DNA from: Octopus sinensis
Taxonomy: Eukaryota
NCBI RefSeq assembly: GCF_006345805.1
Contig: NW_021828582.1
Span: 1 to 8,058, forward strand
Direction of reading: 5' to 3'
DNA: 8,058 nucleotides
Both the position numbers and the translations under genes were made by a program. Each line of letters starts with the position of its first letter. The stretch's first letter is position 1. The notes beneath the pieces were generated by a model. That model was given only the letters and a program-made list of their open reading frames with translations, ran no database searches and was not told the DNA's origin. Shown piece after piece: positions 1 to 7,397 of the stretch.

Positions 1-228
1 TACAACGAACACAATTAGCAAAATAATGATGCATCCTACCCAGTCGGACTCACTTGCGAGTTTTAGATCATGTGTAAAAATATTTTGGTAAACTTGCATC
101 CGGTAGAAACTACACTTGCATGTATTAAAAGAATTGCCTAATTAATTACGCTATTTAAATATGTACTGGAACGGAGTGTATTGTGGTAATGCGTAGTACA
201 AGTGCGTATACTCATACATATGTATAAA

Positions 229-315
229 AGTCCCACTGCGTAGCACCTTGGACAACTGTCTTCTACTGTATCCTCGGGTTGACGAAAGCCTTGTGAATGG
301 AAACTAGAAGAAGAC
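229..315 (+). mobile_element. 5'-truncated fragment of tRNA-derived CORE-like SINE (family A)
   Basis: agtcccactgcgtagcaccttggacaactgtcttctactgtatcctcgggttgacgaaagccttgtga aligns with the reverse complement of 3530-3596 and with the copy at 5165; it contains the CORE-like motif caccttggacaactgtctt. Confidence 0.8.
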
Positions 316-1181
316 TACTACATATGTGGGGGATTCTGTCTGTGGTTTGTTTGTGTTGTTAGCTAACTCCTATTGCATCGTTTTATCGATTTTGATGAAA
401 CTTGACACGTGAGTAGAATTCATGTCTAGAAACATTATGGCATACTCAGATTGTTGAAAAATATCGGTAATAGGGATCCTAGAAGGGATCCTTATATATA
501 TCTAATATATTTTCTTTTAAAAACCAAAGGAAATAAGCCATTCATTTTCTTAAATTATTTGGTATAAATCAAATTGGGTATGCTTATTTCTTAGTATTTA
601 AACTATTAGAGTTATTTTCGCACTTTATCCAGGACAACCCTTAAACAAGTAAATAGTATTTTCCTAAACGATAGATCCACTTATTTCTGTTAGTGACTAT
701 TCACGAACATACAAACACTAGCGTAGCGCCCGTGAGGGTAATATTCTCTGCGAACGCACAAGAGTCCTCTTCAGAGTTTCTTACTTTGAATTCATATTAT
801 CTCATATCTCATTCGCCTGTTATTACGTAACATGATTCACGATTTTAGTATATATACCTCATTAGTACTTCCTCCTATGTTCAATATACTCTGGGAACGC
901 ATTAAAGCCCTTTTCGGGGCTACTTAATTTGAATACTTACTATCGGGTAACTAATTTCATGTTATTACATTACTGAATATGGATATTCATAACTTATTAG
1001 GAATTTCTAAAAGGAAAAAAAAAATCCTGTTTACGACAATTCGGTATTCTCCGTAAATGCACAAAAGCCGTTGTAAGGGGTACATAGTTTGTATTGTTGT
1101 TATTGGGTTAGCGAAACAATTATGAGAACGGAACCAAGTGATAAGCCCCGCTTTCTCGGAATTACCGTGTACGTCAACTAG
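316..1181 (+). mobile_element. Probable non-autonomous Helitron/DINE-like element; 5' boundary uncertain (316-365)
   Basis: 3' end has an imperfect hairpin ctcgg-aatta-ccgtg (1155-1169), an 8-nt spacer, then CTAG (1178-1181). The 5' part has a GTCT/GTTT low-complexity tract followed by cgattttgatgaaactt, resembling invertebrate non-autonomous Helitrons (recall). Against: the base after CTAG is C, not the canonical T. Confidence 0.45.
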
Positions 1182-1182
1182 C

Positions 1183-1275
1183 ATATATATATATATATGT
1201 TGTGTGTGTATGTGTGTGTGTATGGGCTGTATATATATATATAATATATATATCTATATATATATATTATATATA

Positions 1276-1338
<63 letters not shown>

Positions 1339-1368
1339 TCTAATATATATAATACATATATATATATA
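1183..1368. repeat. Compound (TA)n/(TG)n microsatellite
   Basis: Directly visible. Confidence 0.97.
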
Positions 1369-1568
1369 CAGTCGGCCATGATAGATCGTTAGCCACTACA
1401 CACATTTTTTCTCTCCTTTTTTTTTTTTCTGTGTCCCTTTCGTCTGTAGAAGAGGCGTAGGCTCGAAACGTAAAAACCCTTTCTATTCCTGAGCGTTTAT
1501 ACTAATACATCTGTTTGTTTTGTACACCACCTATCTTCGTCTTTTGTTTTTTTTTCGTAAACTCTCCC
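1369..1568 (+). mobile_element. Penelope-like element terminal (pLTR-like) fragment or derived non-autonomous repeat
   Basis: About 200 bp embedded next to TA microsatellite, carrying CTGTAGA-A-GAGGC-GTAG-GCTC-GAAAC-GTA, the minimal hammerhead-type signature known from Penelope-like element termini. It resembles an abundant octopus repeat as I recall it. No ORF. Confidence 0.5.
1444..1472 (+). ncRNA. Degenerate minimal type I hammerhead ribozyme-like motif
   Basis: Core CUGuAGA (A6 replaced by U), extra A at 1451, helix II GAG(G)C/GCUC with GUAG loop, GAAAC, palindromic ACGU in place of helix III, GUA triplet at 1470-1472. Helix I pairs poorly in this copy. Confidence 0.35.
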
Positions 1569-1569
1569 T

Positions 1570-1789
1570 AAGTGTGTGTTTATAGTTATGTGTCTGGGAT
1601 TTTGTGCCTGCGCTTGTCCCCCGACCGTCACAAGACTTTTTGGTGTGTTTACATCCACGTAAGCTAGGGGTTCAGTAAAAGATATCGATAGAATAAGCAC
1701 TAGGCTTACAAAGAATAAGTCCCGGGGGCGATTTCTGGTGGCTCCATCATGGCCGCAGTAAAGTGACTGAAACAAGTAAAAGAATAAAA

Positions 1790-1793
<4 letters not shown>
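1570..1793 (+). mobile_element. 3' half of SINE family A (internal TG-rich tract plus tail)
   Basis: gatagaataagcactaggcttacaaagaataagtcc (about 1688-1721) matches the reverse complement of 3325-3358; it ends in catggccgcagtaaagtgactgaaacaagtaaaagaataaaagaat, similar to the tail at 5725-5760. Confidence 0.85.

Positions 1794-1822
<29 letters not shown>
1792..1822. repeat. (TA)n microsatellite
   Basis: Directly visible. Confidence 0.97.
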
Positions 1823-1824
<2 letters not shown>

Positions 1825-1847
1825 TAACATGTACGTAGCATATATAT

Positions 1848-2063
1848 ATAGGATTCAAATTTTGGTACGAGGCTAGTAATTCGGAAGAGGGGATTTCGTC
1901 GCTTAAATTAACTCCAGTGGTTACTGGTACTTTATTTTAACGACCCCGGAAGGATGTAGGCAACTGCAAGACTGGAGAATTTTTTTTCAGAATTATGGTC
2001 GGACGAAATACCGCTAAGCATTTTGTCCGACGAAGTACCGATACAGCCAGCTCACCGCCCTTC
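1848..2063 (-). mobile_element. Full-length tRNA-derived SINE (family B, tail type 1) with 12-bp TSD
   Basis: Reverse complement starts gaagggcggtgagctggc and aligns with 5456-5590 (ggcggcgagctggc...gtatttcgtc...catcctttcggggtc). Flanked by tagcatatatat at 1836-1847 and 2064-2075. Confidence 0.85.
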
Positions 2064-2067
2064 TAGC

Positions 2068-2102
2068 ATATATATGTATGTATGTGTATATATAGATATC
2101 TA

Positions 2103-2151
<49 letters not shown>

Positions 2152-2180
2152 TATATATTTATATAATATATATATATATT
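2068..2180. repeat. (TA)n microsatellite with TATG/GATA interruptions
   Basis: Directly visible. Confidence 0.97.
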
Positions 2181-2231
2181 AAAATTACTAATCAGCGACA
2201 GCTTTAGTCTTATATTTAGACTGCCATATTA

Positions 2232-2232
<1 letters not shown>

Positions 2233-2275
<43 letters not shown>
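2233..2275. repeat. (TA)n microsatellite
   Basis: Directly visible. Confidence 0.97.
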
Positions 2276-2276
2276 C

Positions 2277-2498
2277 AATATAAGAGAGTGGTCAATATAT
2301 AGCTCACTTTTAGTACGAGTTAATCCAAAGGGTTTCAACCATTAAATACATGTTTCCCATGAAAGCCGTACGACTGTTTTAGCTCACACGGTGTGAAGGC
2401 AACTGTCGACTGGCTTTCATGGGAAAATTATCTTCGGACGAAAACCTTTTGGATTAACTGGTGCTAGATGGCAATATATTGACCCACTCTCTTATATT
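2277..2498. repeat. 222-bp imperfect inverted repeat (foldback/MITE-like), centre at 2390
   Basis: Perfect paired blocks: aatataagagagtgg 2277-2291/2484-2498; agttaatccaaa 2318-2329/2448-2459; tttcccatgaaagcc 2353-2367/2412-2426; tcacac 2384-2389/2391-2396. Arms roughly 80% identical by eye. Confidence 0.92.
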
Positions 2499-2613
2499 TG
2501 TTTTGTAAAAGTATTGTAATATGTTATAAATATTATAATAATCCAGGTTTATATAGCATAGGCCATTGTGTTGAATCAAGCTCGAAATTAGTTCTATTTA
2601 GACTGCCTATTAA

Positions 2614-2616
<3 letters not shown>

Positions 2617-2701
<85 letters not shown>

Positions 2702-2724
2702 GTATGCATATGCGAGTGTACATA

Positions 2725-2775
<51 letters not shown>

Positions 2776-2809
2776 GTATTTATATATCCTGTGTGTGTGT
2801 ATATATATA

Positions 2810-2842
<33 letters not shown>

Positions 2843-2995
2843 GACAGATAGATAGATAGATGCATATAAATGCACGTACACAAACATGCGCTCATGCATA
2901 CATACATACATAATAAATACATACATACATGCATGCGTGCAGACATATATACACATATCTGTATGTGTGCGCATGTGTGTGTGTGTATACACACG
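2617..2995. repeat. Large compound microsatellite (TA, TATG, TG, GATA, CATA)
   Basis: Directly visible. Confidence 0.95.
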
Positions 2996-3280
2996 CGCAC
3001 ACTGGACATTCTATGTATATTTTCTTTCTAAATCTTTGCCCTCTTTAGTTCTCCACCTACCGCACTTCCCGATCCACAACCGCTCCACCAACGAAATCGG
3101 TTTTCCACCCCGACCAGCTTCATCATCACCACGAAACCCCGTCACCGCTGCCACCGTCGCAGTGGCCAGCACCACCACCATCACCACCAAAGCTATCTTT
3201 CATATTAAGATAGCAAGTGTGAGTCATGGTATTAAGCACCACTTATAACGATTGGGATCTTGTTGAGAAAGGGGACATAC

Positions 3281-3653
3281 TCATTTACTGGAGCACCGCC
3301 TTTAGTCCAGCAAATCGACCCCAGGACTTATTCTTTGTAAGCTTAGTGCTTATTCTATAGGTCTCTATTGTCGAACCGCTAAGTTATAGGGACGTAAACA
3401 CACCAGCTTCGGTTGTCAAGCGATGTTGGGTGTGTGTGTGTGACAAACACAACACACAAACATATATATATATATATATATATATATACAAGACGGGTTT
3501 CTTTCAGTTTCTGTCTACCAAATCCACTCACAAGGCTTTGGTCGACCCGAGGCTATAGTAGAAGACACTTGCCCAAGGAGCCACGCAGTGGGACTGAACC
3601 CGGAACAATGTGGTTGGTAAGCAAGCTACTTACCACACAGCCACTCCTACGCC
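3281..3653 (-). mobile_element. Near full-length tRNA-derived CORE-like SINE (family A) with internal TA/TG microsatellite
   Basis: Minus strand reads ggcgtaggagtggctgtgtggtaag, with an A-box-like motif at 3633-3643, B-box-like gggttcagtccc at 3590-3601, CORE-like ccttgggcaagtgtctt at 3562-3578, microsatellite at 3428-3488 and a 3' part matching 1640-1745. tRNA-derived SINEs (OK/OR1/OR2) are known in octopus, but I cannot assign the family name. Confidence 0.9.
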
Positions 3654-3738
3654 TATAGACATGTGCACAAGTCTATAGAAACTCCCTATAACTTGCCTCA
3701 TTCCACCTACCTCGCCGTGACACTCAGTTACACACACA

Positions 3739-3821
3739 CACACAGACACACAGACACACACACACACACACAAACACACACATCCACATATACACAAACG
3801 CACTGACACACATACACACAC
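3739..3821. repeat. Imperfect (CA)n microsatellite
   Basis: Directly visible. Confidence 0.95.
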
Positions 3822-4069
3822 CTTAGAGTAATCTTTAATGTGTCGTTTGAGATCTTCCTCATAATATCTACATAGCTTAGTGTATCTGCGAGACAACTGT
3901 TTAGCAATTTTATTCTTAGTATAGTTACGCAGAGACAGAGACACAAGAGAGGTGTATACATGTACACGCGCAGAATGTTAATTATATATGAGTGTAGGTA
4001 GACTCACAGACACATGCATAGTCCCATACGCGTATATACAAATATACAAACGATATAAAAAGATTGATT

Positions 4070-4155
4070 TTATATATATATGTATGTATATGTGTGTGTG
4101 TGTGTATTTACATATATATGGATGCATGTGTTTGTTTATATATATATACATGTAT

Positions 4156-4190
<35 letters not shown>

Positions 4191-4235
4191 AATATATACA
4201 TATATATGTATGTATTTACATATATGCATGTATAT

Positions 4236-4270
<35 letters not shown>
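4070..4270. repeat. Compound TA/TG/CA microsatellite
   Basis: Directly visible. Confidence 0.95.
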
Positions 4271-4320
4271 GCTCTCAAACACGCGCTGATACAAAGCGTC
4301 CGAACACACACGTGTATGTG

Positions 4321-4410
4321 TCTTTCATTTTTTCCACTGAACTGCGGCCATGCTCTTGAACCGCCTTCACAAATTTAATCGAGAAAATCAGTCCCAGCCT
4401 TTATTTTTTA
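4321..4410 (-). mobile_element. Degraded 3' tail fragment of SINE family A
   Basis: actgcggccatg (about 4341-4352) is the reverse complement of catggccgcagt at 1748-1759; accgccttc...aatc...ccag...ttatt parallels 3295-3335. Confidence 0.65.
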
Positions 4411-4612
4411 AACGTCTGTTTTTCCACTTCTGTTTTTGTATATTTATTTTTTTTATTTTAAGTATATGCTTTTCTATATCTTCGGTGAAACCAACATAAA
4501 GTCGGATAAATCGACTGAAATTGAACGTTGTTTCTTTATTTAATTTCTTAAAAATCGATGAAACGTCGAAACGACATAAGTTGCGGTATGACTATACGTG
4601 TGTGCATACATA

Positions 4613-4615
<3 letters not shown>

Positions 4616-4662
<47 letters not shown>

Positions 4663-4690
4663 GGGGAGAATAAGAGAGATAGATAGAGAG
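4616..4690. repeat. (TA)n-(GA)n microsatellite
   Basis: Directly visible. Confidence 0.95.
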
Positions 4691-4819
4691 AGTGAGAATG
4701 GTGTGTGTAGACAGACACACATCTTGTGATCACCTGATGCGTTTGTCGTCACTCAATTGAATTTTCCTTTTCATAATCTGCATTGGGTCTGCAAAAACAA
4801 TTCAACAAAACACTATTTT

Positions 4820-5160
4820 TATCCGATTAGATCTCACTGCAGTTAATATACATTATTTAGTGAAACCCAGTGACCTAGTCAGCCACTGACGTGTCTGGAT
4901 TCAATGGCTTCAAACGACGCAGACACAACGTGAGATGTACGTTTTGGCGTGGGTGGCCCAAACCTAGACGTGCATTATACTTATGCTGCATCATCGCAGC
5001 GACCGAAAGTATTCTGATCTGGATCCTCCAGTTATTCTGTACATCGAGGACTAAATTTTCTAGTGTTTTCCCACAGCAAGACAGCAGAGCGATATTTGAT
5101 AGAGATTTGGCAAGAACTCTCACCTTCTGTGCTTGACGTAGTTGATAATGTTCCATTATA
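4820..5160 (-). pseudogene. Decayed non-LTR retrotransposon (LINE) reverse-transcriptase fragment
   Basis: Ordered RT motifs across frameshifts: W..II...(K)GESSC; S-Y-Q..IALLSCCGKTLENLV at 5049-5101 (cf. SYRPISLLSxxGKxLExLV); QN.FRS near 5008 (cf. QxGFR); HVVSASFEAIES at about 4897-4932 (cf. FxDFxKAFDS); W..RSLGF....I..AVRS. GFR-to-KAFD spacing is 94 nt versus about 100 expected. Confidence 0.7.
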
Positions 5161-5416
5161 AGAAGAGGTAGGCATGACTATATAGTAGGAAGCGCGCTTT
5201 GGAACCATGTGGCTCTGGGTTCGGTTCCACTATGTGACACCTCAGGCAGGTATCTTTTACTATAATACCGAGCCAACTAACGCCTTGTAAGTGAGTTTGG
5301 TTGACAGAAACTGCATGCAAGCTTATCGTATATATTTATGTATACGTGTGTATATCTGTATGAGTTTGCTTCTGTTTGTCCGTCATCAACGCTTCGCAAC
5401 CGGTGTTAGCATGTTC

Positions 5417-5452
5417 AAGTACCCGGTATAGTATAAGTACCCGGTATAGTAT
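5417..5452. repeat. Perfect 18-bp tandem duplication (aagtacccggtatagtat x2)
   Basis: 5417-5434 is identical to 5435-5452. Confidence 0.97.
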
Positions 5453-5657
5453 TGGAAGGCGGCGAGCTGGCGGAAACGTTAGCACGCCGGGCGAAATGCG
5501 TAGCTGTATTTCGTCTGCCGTTACGTTCTGAGTTCAAATTCTGCTGAGGTCGACTTTGCCTTTCATCCTTTCGGGGTCTTTGTAATCGACTTTAATACCT
5601 ATGTCTGTCCTTGTTTGTCCCCTCTATGTTTAGGCCCTTGCGGGTAGTAAAGAAATA
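5453..5657 (+). mobile_element. tRNA-derived SINE family B (tail type 2), nested, with 10-bp flanking direct repeat
   Basis: A-box-like tggcggaaacg at 5468-5478, B-box-like gagttcaaattc at 5530-5541, central gtcgactttgcctttcatcctttcggggtc. Flanks ggtatagtat at 5443-5452 and 5658-5667. Confidence 0.9.
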
Positions 5658-6314
5658 GGTATAGTATAAGTACCAGACTTTAAAATAAGTGGAGTAGATT
5701 TGTTTGCCTAAACCCCTCGCATAGTCACGGTCCAATAACTGAAACAAAGGGAAAATAAAAGTTCTCTCTGTTTATCTATCCGTTTGTCTGTCTGCCACTT
5801 GCGTTCTCTCATCTCCTTTTTCAATGTTCGCAAAGTCACGTGTATGCCAATTTTCCAAATGTCTGAAAATGTCTTCGTTCTTCGTTCTGGCGGTTATAGG
5901 AGACAAACCGCTGAATATAAAGATTTAAACAGAATAATAACGTTGTAAATATATCGCCATTGATCGACAAAAATCGATAAAACTACCTGTATATGCGAAT
6001 GCTATAGACAGGGCCATGTATATTATGAAACTAATTAGACAGCAAATGAAATTTCGTTCGTTAATTTTAACTACATGTAAATTTAGTCTTCAAATTACAA
6101 CAGAAGCGTTTACATAAATTATTTCAATTATGCGTCAGCATATAACAGCATAAGCTAATGTAAATATATTTGCTTGCTTCCAAAGTGTGTATATGTGTGT
6201 GTATAAGTTAGTGTTTGCGTTATGTCTACGTGCAATTTGAATTTTACAAGGGTATTATTATTATATTTTCTTCATTGTGTTGAGTGTGTCTACAAGGAGG
6301 TAGATAAAGTATGT

Positions 6315-6372
6315 TTATATATATAAATACATGTATATATTTACATGTAATATATGTGTAGAATATATATAT

Positions 6373-6420
<48 letters not shown>

Positions 6421-6514
6421 TCTACATCTATATAGTTATTACATGTAGAGGTAGGTACGTACATATATGTATGTATATATGCATATGTTTTATTTATTAA
6501 TTTTTTATATATAT

Positions 6515-6546
<32 letters not shown>

Positions 6547-6592
6547 GCATATATATATATATATTTATATGTAATGTATATATATATATCTA

Positions 6593-6627
<35 letters not shown>

Positions 6628-6628
6628 C
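6315..6628. repeat. Long interrupted (TA)n microsatellite region
   Basis: Directly visible. Confidence 0.95.
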
Positions 6629-6789
6629 AGTTTTATTCAATATACTCCCCTCTCAGATTCACACATATATTAGTGGTTCTGAATTTGTTTTCGAATTCCT
6701 GTAAAAGAACTCGGAATGCTGGGCCTCCAGCCAGGCCTTTCGTGACAGTCTTAAAACCAGGAACCTTTCAGTGTGTCTTCTTGTGTCTA

Positions 6790-6791
<2 letters not shown>

Positions 6792-6844
<53 letters not shown>

Positions 6845-6856
6845 ATATATATATAT
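6792..6856. repeat. (TC)25 followed by short (TA)n
   Basis: Perfect TC run at 6792-6841. Confidence 0.98.
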
Positions 6857-7034
6857 GTACTTTTATCAAATCTGGAAAGGTTATCACAAGACTGTTACTC
6901 AGGGTTCCACGCTCTCGTTCCTCGGACAGGTGAACGTGACACTCTCACTTACAATCTTATGATAATTTTGCAACTTTAACGAAAGCATATTACTATGCCT
7001 CTGATATTCAAGTACATTTTACTGTGCTCACCTA

Positions 7035-7060
7035 TGTGTGTGTATGTATATATATATTTG

Positions 7061-7116
<56 letters not shown>

Positions 7117-7119
7117 TGT
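7035..7119. repeat. (TG)n microsatellite with TA interruption
   Basis: Directly visible. Confidence 0.97.
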
Positions 7120-7397
7120 TGTAAAAGTGCTTGAATTTTTGACGTAGGTCTGAAAATTCGAAAAAAATTAAGTTTTATTCCAAAAACACACCAGTTAATG
7201 CATATTCCTGTGCAGCAAAGTGCAATGTCTGCACACCTATCTTATTCTTTTTATTTTTTGTTTGTTTTGAAGGTTACTTCGTACTTTCTATTTTGTGTAA
7301 TATTTTTAAAAGATTCAATGAACTACGTTTTAGTATTATGAGTAGATGTCTGCACGAGACTAATAAAAAAAGACAGACAATTAATACTGCTTTTTTT

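Larger units (their letters stand above)
5165..5760 (+). mobile_element. Old, diverged SINE family A copy interrupted by a family B insertion at 5453-5657
   Basis: The head gaggtaggcatgactatatagtaggaagc aligns with 7945ff (ggcgcaagcgtggttgtgaggtaagaaac); CORE-like gacacctcaggcaggtatctt; gccttgtaagtgagtttggttgacagaaactg; degenerate internal microsatellite; the tail resumes after 5657 and ends actgaaacaaagggaaaataaaa. Confidence 0.8.

Noticed and set aside
906-921. Hairpin agccc-ttttcg-gggct resembling an intrinsic terminator
   Set aside because: Eukaryotic context, no upstream gene and no U-tract; short enough to be chance.
1168-1190. Third copy of tagcatatatat, similar to 1831-1847
   Set aside because: Mostly TA repeat; it does not bracket a coherent element together with the other copies.
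1497-1841. 114-aa minus-strand ORF with hydrophobic N-terminus
   Set aside because: It runs across a TA microsatellite, an antisense SINE tail and the Penelope-like fragment.
3413-3658. 81-aa ORF (LPNPLTRLWSTRGYSRRHLPKEPRSGTEPGTMW...)
   Set aside because: Antisense translation of SINE family A.
5077-5167. Plus-strand exon with acceptor ttttcccacag and donor gag|gtaggc
   Set aside because: All three frames contain stops, the donor lies in a SINE head, and the body is explained as antisense RT relic.
5077-5185. Plus-strand peptide ERYLIEIWQELSPSVLDVVDNVPL resembling a Tc1 transposase C-terminus, with apparent RGGMT.Y after it
   Set aside because: The same bases give a stronger multi-motif RT match on the minus strand, upstream SPDLNP-like candidates are mis-spaced, and the RGG part is the head of the SINE at 5165.
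5453-5545. tRNA gene (A/B boxes; also at 3590-3653 and 7945-8010)
   Set aside because: No cloverleaf, and the boxes continue into repeated SINE body sequence, so these are SINE heads.
5417-5674. CRISPR-like repeat-spacer pattern from recurring ggtatagtat
   Set aside because: Only three copies with irregular spacing, explained by tandem duplication plus TSD; eukaryotic DNA with no cas genes.
6903-6929. 27-nt micro-exon (GSTLSFLGQ) between tcag and gtgaac
   Set aside because: Weak pyrimidine tract and mediocre donor; no independent support.
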